Of a stretch of 64,000 nucleotides of DNA, positions 1 through 11,481 are shown piece by piece. How positions within the stretch are numbered: position 1 is the first letter of the stretch; each line of letters starts with the position of its first letter. The notes below the pieces were generated by a model. That model made no database searches, was not told the origin of the DNA, and saw nothing but the letters and a program-made list of their open reading frames with translations. Where the stretch lies: contig JADJOS010000005.1 of assembly GCA_016713675.1 (NCBI GenBank), positions 144,018 to 208,017 of the forward strand. Direction: 5' to 3'. Made by a program: the position numbers and the translations under genes. This stretch comes from Acidobacteriota bacterium (GTDB taxonomy: Bacteria > Acidobacteriota > Blastocatellia > Pyrinomonadales > Pyrinomonadaceae).

Positions 1-1718
1 TTTGGACGCCCGCGACGACGGAGGCGTTTGCGACCTACGGAACGACCGACCAAAACGGAGCTATCGTCCAACCCGTACAGACGCCGGGCGATGTTTACCC
101 GCAATTTGGCGGGCTTGAAGTAACGACATCTTCGACGCAATTGCAGGAGCTCACCGATGCGTTCCTCTATCTTACAAACTATCCGTACGCCTGTTCCGAG
201 CAGATATCATCGCGGATGATCTCGATCGCCGCGATGCGAGATGTTCTGTCGGCGTTCAAAGCAAAGGATATGCCGACAGCGGCTCAGCTCGAAGGTTATT
301 ACAAACGCGATATCGAGATACTGCAGTCGCGTCAGCGTAATGACGGCAGTTTTGGCCTCTGGAAACGTGATAAGGAGCGTTACGAGTATCCGTTCCTGAC
401 GGTCCACGTTGCACACGCTCTGGCCCTTGCAAAAGCAAAAGGCTATAAGGTTCCGCAGGAGATGATCGATAAGGTCAAACCGTACTTGAAAGACGTCGAA
501 AAGCACTACGACGAATGGTACAAGTCCTCGCCTGAGGTCCGATGGACGATCTCTGCATACGCCTTGTACATCCGCGACATGATGGGCGACAAGGACGTTG
601 CCAAGACCAAGAAACTCTTGGCCGAAGCAAAGATCGAGAAGATGCCGTTCGAGGCTCTGGGCTGGGTGTTGTCGGTGCTCGCTAACGATCCGAACTCAAA
701 GGTCGAAACTGACGCGATCATCCGACATTTGATGAACCGCACGACCGAAACCGCCGCGACGGCAAATTTCGTCACCAACTACGGCGATGGTGCTTGGCTT
801 ATCATGTACTCAAACCGTCGTGCTGACGGTGTTCTGCTAGAAGCAATGATCAAAGCCGATCCAAAGAACGATCTCATTCCAAAGCTCGTTCGCGGATTAC
901 TCGATCACCGGACAAAAGGTGCATGGTCGAACACACAGGAGAATGTATTCATACTGTTGGCACTCGACAAGTATTTCAACACGTTCGAAAAGGTCACGCC
1001 TGACTTTGTCACGCGGATCTGGCTGGGAAATACCTATGCCGGCGAAGAAGCGTTCAAGGGACGCAGTGTCGACTCGAAAGAACTGAACATTCCGATGTCG
1101 TACCTTGCCGATCAAGGCGGAACGTCTAATCTGATCCTTGATAAACAGGGTGCGGGACGACTGTACTACCGTATCGGCATGAAATACGCGCCGAAGAATC
1201 TTAAGCTCGAACCGGCAGATTACGGCTTCACGGTTCTAAGGAAATACGAGGCGGTTGATGACAAAGAAGACGTCAAACAAAACGCGGACGGTAGCTGGAC
1301 GATCAAGGCTGGAGCGAGGGTTCGTGTTCGACTCACGATGGTCGCACAGGCCCGGCGGTATCACGTCGCGTTGGTCGATAATCTACCGGCAGGACTCGAG
1401 ATACTCAATCCCGGACTCGCGACAACCGAAGCGATCCCGGGTGATTCCGGCGGCAGCACCGGCGTTCTAACCTACGGCAGCCGTTCATATGGTTACGGTT
1501 CGTGGTGGTGGCGACAGTACTGGTTCGACCATCAGAACTTCCGCGACGAGCGAGCAGAGGCATTCGCTTCGTTGTTGTGGGAAGGGGTCTACAACTACTC
1601 GTATGTCACGCGGGCAACTACTCCCGGACAGTTCGTTGTTCCGCCTGCCAAAGCTGAGGAGATGTACCATCCCGAAACCTTCGGACGGACGGGCACTGAT
1701 TTTGTGATCGTCGAATAG
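1..1718 (+). CDS. alpha-2-macroglobulin family protein, C-terminal part (5' end lies outside the window)
   Basis: The frame is open from nt 3 (WTPATTEAF...GGLEVTTSSTQLQEL), upstream of the listed start. It carries the thioester motif YPYACSEQ (CxEQ), followed by a long region typical of bacterial A2M (YfhM-like). Confidence 0.85.
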   Translation, partial: WTPATTEAFATYGTTDQNGAIVQPVQTPGDVYPQFGGLEVTTSSTQLQELTDAFLYLTNYPYACSEQISSRMISIAAMRDVLSAFKAKDMPTAAQLEGYYKRDIEILQSRQRNDGSFGLWKRDKERYEYPFLTVHVAHALALAKAKGYKVPQEMIDKVKPYLKDVEKHYDEWYKSSPEVRWTISAYALYIRDMMGDKDVAKTKKLLAEAKIEKMPFEALGWVLSVLANDPNSKVETDAIIRHLMNRTTETAATANFVTNYGDGAWLIMYSNRRADGVLLEAMIKADPKNDLIPKLVRGLLDHRTKGAWSNTQENVFILLALDKYFNTFEKVTPDFVTRIWLGNTYAGEEAFKGRSVDSKELNIPMSYLADQGGTSNLILDKQGAGRLYYRIGMKYAPKNLKLEPADYGFTVLRKYEAVDDKEDVKQNADGSWTIKAGARVRVRLTMVAQARRYHVALVDNLPAGLEILNPGLATTEAIPGDSGGSTGVLTYGSRSYGYGSWWWRQYWFDHQNFRDERAEAFASLLWEGVYNYSYVTRATTPGQFVVPPAKAEEMYHPETFGRTGTDFVIVE

Positions 1719-1739
1719 ATGCTATGCAGATAAACCATC

Positions 1740-1790
1740 GGGCTGCCGGGAAATGCGAGTTCTCCGGCGGCCCAACCTAATTTTTATTCC
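1740..1790 (+). terminator. hairpin plus T-rich tract downstream of the A2M gene
   Basis: gggctgccgg (1740-1749) pairs with ccggcggccc (1764-1773) with one G-U pair. aatttttatt follows a few nt later. Confidence 0.4.
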
Positions 1791-1847
1791 GTTCCGGTAT
1801 GATATTATCTTGTCTGGCCGGAGAACAGTTGGTTCGTAATAGTTCAC

Positions 1848-2816
1848 GTGAAAACAAACCACCAAAGAGTGTCGGAAATACTAAATATCGAGGCAGAAGC
1901 AATCTCGCACGCGGCATCGAATCTTGATTCCAAAAGTGTAGATGATGCGATAGATGTATTATCAAAATGCCGCGGAAAGGTGATCGTTACCGGCGTCGGT
2001 AAATCTGGAGTCATCGCTGAGAAGATCGCCCAGACATTGACAAGTACCGGAACGATAGCGGTGTTCGTTCATCCGACGGATGCTCTGCACGGCGGTCTTG
2101 GGGTCGTTGCTCGCGAAGATGTGGTGATCGCACTGAGTAACTCGGGTGAAACTGATGAGATCCTTGCAATAATGCCGGCGATCAAACAGCGCGGAGCCGC
2201 CGTGGTCGCGCTCGTCGGTAATGTCAATTCGACATTGGCCCGTAACTCTGACGTGGTGCTCGACGGGAAAGTCGATCGAGAAGCGTGTCCGCTTAATCTT
2301 GCTCCGACGGCTTCAACCACCGTCGCTCTCGCAATAGGTGACGCGTTGGCGATGACGCTGATGGAAGCAAAAGGCCTAACGGCGACTGACTTCGCTGTCA
2401 ATCATCCCGCCGGCCGCCTCGGCAAGCGGTTGACGTTGACGGTCCGCGATCTGATGCACCCGAGCCCGAATGTCGATCCTAAAGCAAACTGGCTTGACGT
2501 AGTAAAGGCGATCTCGACCAACGCCCTTGGTGCTGTAAATGTGGTAGATCACGATTCCACCTTGATTGGGATCGTTACCGATGGCGACCTTCGCAGAACC
2601 ATCGAGCGAACGCATCCGGAATCATTTTCAGCGTTGACCGCCGAAGCTATGATGACGGTCCGACCAATCACCGCAACTCCGGAAATGCTTGCCTTTGATG
2701 CCCTCAGACTGATGGAAGACCGCCCTTCGCAAATATCCGTACTTCCAATTGCTGATGATCTTGGGAAATGTGTCGGCCTTCTTCGGCTTCACGATGTTGT
2801 GCGGAGCGGACTTTGA
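1848..2816 (+). CDS. kdsD: arabinose-5-phosphate isomerase (KpsF/GutQ/KdsD family; SIS domain plus tandem CBS)
   Basis: GTG start. It has the SIS motif VTGVGKSG...SNSGET and a C-terminal CBS pair (VNVVDHDSTLIGIVTDGDLRR, ISVLPIADDLGKCVGLL). Confidence 0.85.
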   Translation: MKTNHQRVSEILNIEAEAISHAASNLDSKSVDDAIDVLSKCRGKVIVTGVGKSGVIAEKIAQTLTSTGTIAVFVHPTDALHGGLGVVAREDVVIALSNSGETDEILAIMPAIKQRGAAVVALVGNVNSTLARNSDVVLDGKVDREACPLNLAPTASTTVALAIGDALAMTLMEAKGLTATDFAVNHPAGRLGKRLTLTVRDLMHPSPNVDPKANWLDVVKAISTNALGAVNVVDHDSTLIGIVTDGDLRRTIERTHPESFSALTAEAMMTVRPITATPEMLAFDALRLMEDRPSQISVLPIADDLGKCVGLLRLHDVVRSGL

Positions 2817-2897
2817 ATCGAAATGGATGAACAACCCGAAAGTTTCATCATTCATCTGAGATGTGTATTACGTCAATTGCGAAAAGGGCAGCGAAAT

Positions 2898-3596
2898 ATG
2901 TTGTTAAGTAGAACGATCACAGCGATTTTTACAGTTTTTCTATTTGTTTCCGCCGTTGCGGCGCAGAAGGCCGAAGTTACGATCAGTCTAAACGAGCCGT
3001 TTTTCGACGCTTTGCTTGATTCGGTTTTTCTGAATTACGAGCCGCCACAGTTTTCGATAGCACGGGTCGGCAGCTACGATGATGCCGCGAATTCGGCTCT
3101 CTCGTTTTTTGGCTATCGTGGGCCTTCGGCAGAATCGGAACCTGGATTTTGCACCGAAACGGTAAAGATATTACGTGAAAACAACGGCGTCCGAACCGCC
3201 GTCCGATTCCGCGACGGCAAGGTCTATGTACCGCTTGCCTTTTCAGGCGGATATGCCCCACCTTTCATCGGATGTGTTGACTTTGCGGGAATGGCTGAAG
3301 CTGACGTCGATCTTGAGTTTGACGCAACAACACAACGTCTTGTCGGCCGGGCACGAGTTACCAACGTCAACCTAAATGGTACAGGAGGACTCGGCGGGAC
3401 GGTGATCGCAAGGCTGATCCAGGGTTCTATCGATAAAAAGCTTAATCCTATCGAGATCCTAAGTCTTGAGAAAGTGTCGTTTGGCTTGCCGATACCGAAT
3501 ACCGGCCCGCTGAAGATGAAGGCAACCGGTGTCCGTCCCGAGATCTTGAACGGTTCCGTTCAGATCCGAATAACCTACGATTTCCTCAAAGGTTGA
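2898..3596 (+). CDS. hypothetical secreted protein
   Basis: The long ORF is 2823-3596. The internal ATG at 2898 starts a clear signal peptide (MLLSRTITAIFTVFLFVSAVAAQ). I recognise no family. Confidence 0.5.
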   Translation: MLLSRTITAIFTVFLFVSAVAAQKAEVTISLNEPFFDALLDSVFLNYEPPQFSIARVGSYDDAANSALSFFGYRGPSAESEPGFCTETVKILRENNGVRTAVRFRDGKVYVPLAFSGGYAPPFIGCVDFAGMAEADVDLEFDATTQRLVGRARVTNVNLNGTGGLGGTVIARLIQGSIDKKLNPIEILSLEKVSFGLPIPNTGPLKMKATGVRPEILNGSVQIRITYDFLKG

Positions 3597-3762
3597 GAAG
3601 GAACGAAATCGTGCCGACAGGTGACGATTTAGTGCCTCAGATTCCATTTCAGCACGGAAAAGCCCCTAAACTCCAACATTTCAGCGAATGGAACGGTAAT
3701 TGCTGTTACCATTGCAGGACGAATCAATATTCGCCCTTTAGCAATATGAAAAGGGGTGTCAA

Positions 3763-4998
<1,236 letters not shown>

Positions 4999-5020
4999 GA
5001 GTTGGACGATAGACGATCTG

Positions 5021-5057
5021 CGGCCTCGCTGAACCAAATTCGGCGAGGCCGTTTTTT
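5021..5057 (+). terminator. rho-independent terminator
   Basis: cggcctcgc (5021-5029) pairs perfectly with gcgaggccg (5043-5051), followed by tttttt (5052-5057). Confidence 0.75.
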
Positions 5058-5102
5058 GTTCAAAGATGCATGTTCCCCCAATATCTACTATGCTTGTCAG
5101 TA

Positions 5103-6455
5103 ATGAAAGCACCGCTAGTCGCCATCATTGGCCGGCCGAACGTCGGAAAATCCACTTTGTTCAATCGCCTTGTCGGTTCGCGAAAGGCGATCGTAGGCGA
5201 TGAGCCGGGCATCACGCGCGACCGAATGTTCGGTGAGGTCGATTGGAAAGCAGAGACGTTTAGGCTAGTAGATACGGGCGGTATCGTACCCGATGATGAT
5301 GCAATAATCCCGCCAAATATTTTCAAACAGGCATCGCATGCGATCGACGAATCAGTCGCGATCATTTGGGTTCTCGATTCACGTGCGGGCATAACGCCGC
5401 TTGACGAGGAACTAGGCGTCTTGCTGCGAAATACCGGCAAACCGGTAATAATTGCTGCTAATAAATGTGAATCGAGAACGGTCGAAAACGAAGCCGGCGA
5501 GTTTTATCAATTCGGTTTCGAAATGTCTCCGGTCTCGGCAGAACACGGCACAGGCATAGGCGACCTGCTCGATATGGTCTTTGACCATCTTGTTTTTGAA
5601 GAAGAAGTCGAGACAGAAGCTTCAAACGAGATCAAGCTCGCGATCATTGGTAGGCCTAATGTCGGTAAATCTTCTTTGCTCAATCAGCTTCTCGGCGAAG
5701 ACCGCGTTATCGTATCGCCGATCGCCGGCACGACCCGCGATGCGATCGACACGCATTTGACGGTCGACGGCCAAGACTATCTACTCATCGACACCGCCGG
5801 GATCCGCCGTAAAGGCAAAACGACCGAGATGGCCGAAAAGCTCTCAGTCATCATGGCCCGTAAGGCCCTTGAAAGAGCAGACGTCGCCATAATCGTCATA
5901 GACGCCGTCGAAGGCGTGACAAATCTTGATGCGAATATAGCGGGTTACGCCGTGGATTCGGGCTGCTCGGTAATAATCGCCGTTAACAAATGGGACGCTC
6001 TCGAGGAAAAAGAGACGAACACCATTTACGAATTTGAGCGCACGCTCCGAATGGCGATGAAGTTCCTCGATTGGGCACCGATCGTCACGATGTCCGCGCT
6101 AACCGGCCAACGAGTCAAGAATTTACTCCCGTTGGTAAATAAGGCAAACGCTGCCCGCAATTTGCGTGTTTCAACATCGAAACTGAACAAATTTTTCGAA
6201 GAGTCTATTTTGCAGCCAAAGGGCGGTTCGGCTCCGGCCCCGGTCAAAGGCGGCTTTTCGCGGCTAAAGGTGCAGTTTCTCACACAGGCAGGAATGCGTC
6301 CACCATTATTCATTTTGTTCACCTCGGGCGGGAAAGCCGGCCTTCATTTTTCGTATCTACGCTATATCGAAAACCAACTTCGGGAAGAGTTTGAGTTTTT
6401 CGCCACCCCTATCAGGCTTGTTGAGAGGCACAAAATGAAGCCTAAGAAGGGCTAG
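5103..6455 (+). CDS. der: ribosome-associated GTPase Der/EngA
   Basis: Two tandem G domains each carry GRPNVGKS(T/S)L, plus DTAG and NKxD motifs and a KH-like C-terminus. The ATG at 5103 (MKAPLVAIIG) fits the usual N-terminus better than 5070. Confidence 0.95.
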   Translation: MKAPLVAIIGRPNVGKSTLFNRLVGSRKAIVGDEPGITRDRMFGEVDWKAETFRLVDTGGIVPDDDAIIPPNIFKQASHAIDESVAIIWVLDSRAGITPLDEELGVLLRNTGKPVIIAANKCESRTVENEAGEFYQFGFEMSPVSAEHGTGIGDLLDMVFDHLVFEEEVETEASNEIKLAIIGRPNVGKSSLLNQLLGEDRVIVSPIAGTTRDAIDTHLTVDGQDYLLIDTAGIRRKGKTTEMAEKLSVIMARKALERADVAIIVIDAVEGVTNLDANIAGYAVDSGCSVIIAVNKWDALEEKETNTIYEFERTLRMAMKFLDWAPIVTMSALTGQRVKNLLPLVNKANAARNLRVSTSKLNKFFEESILQPKGGSAPAPVKGGFSRLKVQFLTQAGMRPPLFILFTSGGKAGLHFSYLRYIENQLREEFEFFATPIRLVERHKMKPKKG

Positions 6456-6522
6456 GTTCAACACAAATTTGGCAAACAAATTGGGTTTCGATAAGATGAG
6501 ACGGTCGAACTGACAATAAACA

Positions 6523-8001
6523 TTGGAACTTGCACTCTTAATATTCAAGCTGTTTCTGGCAGCGGTATTCGCCCTTGCGGGTTTCGCAAAATTGGCGGAC
6601 CTAGCGGGCTCGCGAAAGGCCGTCGCGGATTTTGGTGTTCCGTCTCCTTTTGTCGGCTTCGTCGGTGTCGCGTTGCCCGCTATCGAGATAGCCGTCGCAG
6701 TTTCGCTGCTTTTTGCTATTTCTTCATGGTATGGTGCAATCGGCGCTGTCGTCTTGCTGACGATTTTCATCGCCGGAATGATCTATCAAATCGCAAAGGG
6801 CAATGCACCTGATTGTCATTGTTTTGGTCAGATTCACAGCGAACCTGTCGGAATTTCAAGTTTGATCCGGAACATCATCTTCCTTGTTCCGGCAGTGATC
6901 ATCATTTCGAAAGGACCGGCCGGACAGGGCATGAGCGTGACGAGTATCGATCGTGATTCGCTCCAGTTGATCTTGGTCATCGCTGCGGTATTTCTGCTCG
7001 GAATTGCGGTCGAATTCTTGCGGAGAATATCGAAAGGGCAGGACGAGATCGCGAAACGGATAGACCTGCTCGAATTGGTTGCCAAAAACGGTGGTCAGGT
7101 TGAGCGCGAAACTGCAGGCCACCCGCACGATGGATTGCCGATCGGTGCAATTCTCCCCGATTTTGAGATCTCTGACATCGATGGGAACCCGACGACAACG
7201 AGAAGCCTCGTTTCCGGTGATGTTCCGCTTCTCTTGTTCTTTGTCAGTCCTAGCTGCAGTCCGTGTAAGGCACTTGTGCCTAAATTTCAGGAGTGGGCAG
7301 AAGAGCTTTCGGGGCGTGTGAAAGTCGTTTTGATAAGCTCAGGTACCGTCGAAGATAACGTCGATAAATTCGGCGGACAGATCACCAGAGCCCTGTTTAT
7401 AGGCAAAGAAAGGGATTTCGCTGAATCCGTTAACGCGAAATGGACGCCTTCAGCATTGTTTGTTGATACAAACAGCAGGATCTCGAGCCATGTTGCGGCG
7501 GGCGACTCTGCAATAATTGAATTGGTCGAAAAGATCCGCACCGCCGACCTTCGCGACAAATTCTTGCATTTTACGGTTGGAAACGGGAGCGGACGCCATA
7601 GTCACGTTGATCTCGGTTCTCAAATACCGGAATTTACGATCGACGCGATCGACGGAAGCAAGATAAAGTCGAGCGAAATGCCCGGCAAACGAACATTGAT
7701 CACTTTCTGGAGTACGACGTGTCCGCATTGCGATCGAATGGCCCCTGATCTGAGGGAATGGGATCTTGCCCGCACGCCTGATGATCCTGCCCTCATCTTA
7801 TTTTCAGACGGAGAAAAGGAGCCGCATACAAAATTGGGGTTCAGGGCGCCGATAGTACTTGATAAGGGCAATAAACTATCGGCGAAGCTAGGCATGTTTG
7901 GCACGCCATCGGCGATCCTTATCGATGAAGAGGGAAGGTTCGCATCGGAGATTGCGGTCGGTGCTCCACAGATCTGGTCATTGATCGGAAAGACGAAATA
8001 G
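6523..8001 (+). CDS. membrane MauE/DoxX-like domain fused to two TlpA/ResA-type thioredoxin domains
   Basis: TTG start. The N-terminal region has about four TM segments with DCHCFG. Two thioredoxin-fold modules follow, with the CxxC motifs CSPC (FFVSPSCSPCKAL) and CPHC (FWSTTCPHCDRM). Confidence 0.75.
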   Translation: MELALLIFKLFLAAVFALAGFAKLADLAGSRKAVADFGVPSPFVGFVGVALPAIEIAVAVSLLFAISSWYGAIGAVVLLTIFIAGMIYQIAKGNAPDCHCFGQIHSEPVGISSLIRNIIFLVPAVIIISKGPAGQGMSVTSIDRDSLQLILVIAAVFLLGIAVEFLRRISKGQDEIAKRIDLLELVAKNGGQVERETAGHPHDGLPIGAILPDFEISDIDGNPTTTRSLVSGDVPLLLFFVSPSCSPCKALVPKFQEWAEELSGRVKVVLISSGTVEDNVDKFGGQITRALFIGKERDFAESVNAKWTPSALFVDTNSRISSHVAAGDSAIIELVEKIRTADLRDKFLHFTVGNGSGRHSHVDLGSQIPEFTIDAIDGSKIKSSEMPGKRTLITFWSTTCPHCDRMAPDLREWDLARTPDDPALILFSDGEKEPHTKLGFRAPIVLDKGNKLSAKLGMFGTPSAILIDEEGRFASEIAVGAPQIWSLIGKTK

Positions 8002-8114
8002 CCGTAAAGGCCGATAGAGCCGCTTGCCGCGACTAGCCGTAGGAATGAAATAGTCACTGATCTTGCGCCTGCATATTTTTTGCGTCTTTATGGCAGTGAT
8101 ATTTAGTTTTTTTA

Positions 8115-9299
8115 GTGATGAATAGACCTATCGAATGGAAAGTGACCGCTATTGACGGCGAGGCACGAACGGGAATTTTAAGGACGAGGCGTTCCGAGAT
8201 CGAAACGCCTGTTTTTATGCCTGTCGGAACACAGGGAGCAGTTAAAGGTGTCCGCTTCGAGTGGCTCGAAAAAGAGATGGACGCCCGCATCATTCTTGGC
8301 AACACATATCATTTGTTCCTGCGGCCTGGAGTCGAAATAATTCGAAAACTCGGGGGGCTTCATAAATTCAGTACGTGGGATCGCTCACTACTGACAGATT
8401 CAGGCGGATTTCAAGTGTTTTCGCTGACAAAACTGCGAAAGCTCACTGAAGCCGGCGTGGAGTTCCAATCACACCTTGACGGCAGCAAGCAATTTCTCTC
8501 TCCAGAGGTGTCGATGGAGATCCAGGCTGCACTTGGTTCGGAGATTGTGATGGTCTGTGACGAAGGTCCGCCGGGGAACGCAGGCTTTGATGCCACCAGG
8601 GAAAGCCTTGAGATGACGGCCCGCTGGGCAATACGTTCTAAGGACCGTTTTGATGAATTACAGTCCAAGGGCGCCGATACCGGTTTTAAGGATACCGGCG
8701 GGCTAAGCGGTAACCAGTCGCTCTTTGGCATCATCCAGGGTGCCGGTCATTTGGAACTTCGAAAGGAAAGCCTGGAGCGAACGGTGAATATCGGCTTTGA
8801 CGGATATGCGATCGGCGGACTCAGCGTCGGCGAAGAAAAAATTGTAATGTACGAGGTGCTCGATTATCTTGCAACCAAGATGCCGGCCGACGCCCCACGA
8901 TATCTAATGGGCGTTGGCACGCCGGAAGATCTGATCGAAGGAGTGAATTGCGGTGTGGACATGTTTGATTGCGTTATACCGACCCGAAATGGTCGCACCG
9001 GAAGCGCCTTCACGTCGCGTGGCAAGATCAATATTCGCAATGCAAAATTCGCCGATGATGCCGGCCCGCTCGATCCGGATTGCCGCTGCTCGGTTTGCAC
9101 GCGATATTCACTTGCATATTTGCGGCATTTGTATCAAGCAGGTGAAATGACCGCGGCGATCTTGATATCGCACCATAATGTGCATTTCTTCCTCGATACG
9201 ATGCGGCGTGTCAGAGAATCGATTAGATCGGGAGCCTTTCAAACCTTTCGAAAGGAATTTCTGGCGAAATTAGCCGAGAACGACGCCAATTGCGTTTGA
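8115..9299 (+). CDS. tgt: queuine tRNA-ribosyltransferase
   Basis: It shows ETPVFMPVGTQGAVKG, LTDSGGFQVFS, GLSVGE, DCVIPTRNGR and the zinc motif CRCSVCTRY...H. Confidence 0.95.
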   Translation: MMNRPIEWKVTAIDGEARTGILRTRRSEIETPVFMPVGTQGAVKGVRFEWLEKEMDARIILGNTYHLFLRPGVEIIRKLGGLHKFSTWDRSLLTDSGGFQVFSLTKLRKLTEAGVEFQSHLDGSKQFLSPEVSMEIQAALGSEIVMVCDEGPPGNAGFDATRESLEMTARWAIRSKDRFDELQSKGADTGFKDTGGLSGNQSLFGIIQGAGHLELRKESLERTVNIGFDGYAIGGLSVGEEKIVMYEVLDYLATKMPADAPRYLMGVGTPEDLIEGVNCGVDMFDCVIPTRNGRTGSAFTSRGKINIRNAKFADDAGPLDPDCRCSVCTRYSLAYLRHLYQAGEMTAAILISHHNVHFFLDTMRRVRESIRSGAFQTFRKEFLAKLAENDANCV

Positions 9300-9339
9300 T
9301 AATGGGAACTTTAACGTATATGATTGAGTTTTTGTCTGC

Positions 9340-9660
9340 ATGTCGTACCAAATGATGAATAACTTACTCTTGTTTTTCCAGGGTGATCCGGCCGCGGGAG
9401 GTTTCCCGTGGTCAATGATCTTCATGATGCTCGCAATTTTCGGCATCTTTTACTTTTTGGTCATCCTTCCACAGAAGCGTCAGAAACAAAAGCTTCAGGA
9501 GATGATCGCAGAACTTAAGATCAATGACGAAGTCGTCACCAATGGCGGCATTATAGGCAAGATCAAAGAGGTCAGGGAGACCAGTTTCATCATCATGAGT
9601 GCCGATAAATCGCTGCTCGAAGTTGGAAAGGCCGCGGTCGTTGGCAAAAAAGCAGAATAG
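9340..9660 (+). CDS. yajC: preprotein translocase subunit YajC
   Basis: Single TM segment followed by ILPQKRQKQK...L..GD.VVT.GGI.GKI, in the position between tgt and secD. Confidence 0.85.
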   Translation: MSYQMMNNLLLFFQGDPAAGGFPWSMIFMMLAIFGIFYFLVILPQKRQKQKLQEMIAELKINDEVVTNGGIIGKIKEVRETSFIIMSADKSLLEVGKAAVVGKKAE

Positions 9661-9756
9661 TTGGTTAGTAGATCGTAAAACGGTAGATCGAGGAACTCGC
9701 ATAGATGTAATGTCTTGTTGAGCAGATCGATCGGCAATTTACGATTCACGAGTTAT

Positions 9757-11445
9757 ATGAAAAACACAGGTTTGTGGATCAGAACAGCAATCATTATCGC
9801 GATCACGCTCGCCGGGACTTATCTTGTCTTTGGCCCGCGTCGAATGCCCACCGGTGCTGACCTTACGTGGACGGGGATCAAGGCTAATTTGGCCGAGAAT
9901 ATCAATCTTGGCCTTGACCTTAGAGGCGGTTCGCATCTGGTCATGCGAGTTAAAACCGACGAGTATCTCAAAACGCTTACGGAAAATAGTGCACAAGCTG
10001 CACTTACGGCCGCTCAGGACGCAAAACTGCCTGTGACCGGCAACGTAATTGCAGCCGAGAATGGAAGCTATTCGGTCACACTCAATATTTCAGATCCGTC
10101 GCAGAGCCAGGCGGTGATCGATGAAGTAAAGAAAAAGGTCGATTTCATCAATTGGGCAGAGAGCAATAATGGTTCGACCGTCAGTTGGTCGCTCGGTGCG
10201 GCCGCCCAGGATGTAATGAAAAGGCAGTCGGTCGATCAGGCGTTGAAGATCATTGATAGCCGAATTAATGCATTCGGGGTCAAGGAGCCGACGCTCCAGA
10301 AGCACGGTGCTGAGACATCTGGCCAGATATTGCTTCAAATGCCGGGTGTAGATGATCCGGAACGCGTCAAAAAGCTGATCGGATCTGATTCGAATCTGGC
10401 GTTGGCAAAGATCGTGAGTCCTCCAAATCCTTCGCCCGTTCAGACATATCCGACACGCGAGGCTGCGTTGGCTTCGATCGGAGGTAAGGACACGCAAACG
10501 CGAAGGGTATTTCCTTATGCGGACCGCGACGAACCGACAAAAGCCGGAGCAAAACCAGCAGATCCGAAAGCTCCTTCACAGTTTGTCGTTATCGAATACC
10601 CATATGTGATTGACGGAAGCGAGCTTCGCGATGCGAACGCTGTGTCCCGTACCGGCAGCGAGGGCGATTATCAGATCTCGTTCTCATTCAAACCGGCCGG
10701 AGCTCAGAAATTTGGCGAATGGACCGGAAAGAACATTAATAACTATATGGCCGTCGTTCTCAACGACGAGGTGAAATCTGCTGCGTTCATCAAATCGCAG
10801 ATCTTCGACAGCGGTGAGATCTCCGGCAAGTTTACAAAGACCTCTGCCGAAGACCTGGCACTCACGCTTAAATCGGGAGCATTACCGGCAAAGATCGAAT
10901 ATCAGGAAGAGCGCACCGTCGGGCCGAGCCTCGGTGCCGATTCGATCAAGTCAGGAGTAGAAGCCTCGCTCGGCGGGGTGGTGTTCATCGTAATATTCAT
11001 GCTGTTCTACTACCGCGGAGCCGGAGTTAATGCAGTCGTTGCATTATTGTTGAACCTGCTGCTCACGATGGCTGCGCTGATCACGATCAAGTCTACATTG
11101 ACATTGCCGGGTATCGCCGGGCTGATCCTTGGTATCGGCATGGCGGTAGACTCGAATGTGCTTATATTCGAGAGGATCCGTGAGGAGCTCCGAGCCGGAC
11201 ACGATGTTGCCAAATCGATTTATACCGGATTTGACAGAGCGTTTATTACGATCATCGATACTCACGTGACGACGATCATTTCAGCTGCCATTTTGTACCT
11301 TTACGGTACCGGCCCGATTCGCGGATTCGCAGTCACTCTGGTGCTGGGACTTTTGATCAATCTGTTCTCAGCCGTCTTTGTTTCACGTACCATATTTATG
11401 TGGATCCTGCATCGAAACAAGGATTTGAAAACCGTCAGTATTTAG
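9757..11445 (+). CDS. secD: protein translocase subunit SecD
   Basis: It has a large periplasmic domain and the C-terminal 6-TM SecD/F module (GIAGLILGIGMAVDSNVLIFERIREE). The ATG at 9757 (MKNTGLWIRT) is preferred over the TTG at 9715. Confidence 0.95.
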   Translation: MKNTGLWIRTAIIIAITLAGTYLVFGPRRMPTGADLTWTGIKANLAENINLGLDLRGGSHLVMRVKTDEYLKTLTENSAQAALTAAQDAKLPVTGNVIAAENGSYSVTLNISDPSQSQAVIDEVKKKVDFINWAESNNGSTVSWSLGAAAQDVMKRQSVDQALKIIDSRINAFGVKEPTLQKHGAETSGQILLQMPGVDDPERVKKLIGSDSNLALAKIVSPPNPSPVQTYPTREAALASIGGKDTQTRRVFPYADRDEPTKAGAKPADPKAPSQFVVIEYPYVIDGSELRDANAVSRTGSEGDYQISFSFKPAGAQKFGEWTGKNINNYMAVVLNDEVKSAAFIKSQIFDSGEISGKFTKTSAEDLALTLKSGALPAKIEYQEERTVGPSLGADSIKSGVEASLGGVVFIVIFMLFYYRGAGVNAVVALLLNLLLTMAALITIKSTLTLPGIAGLILGIGMAVDSNVLIFERIREELRAGHDVAKSIYTGFDRAFITIIDTHVTTIISAAILYLYGTGPIRGFAVTLVLGLLINLFSAVFVSRTIFMWILHRNKDLKTVSI

Positions 11446-11481
11446 CCGAGATCCAGTAGTGAAAAGAGCTACAAATTTAAG

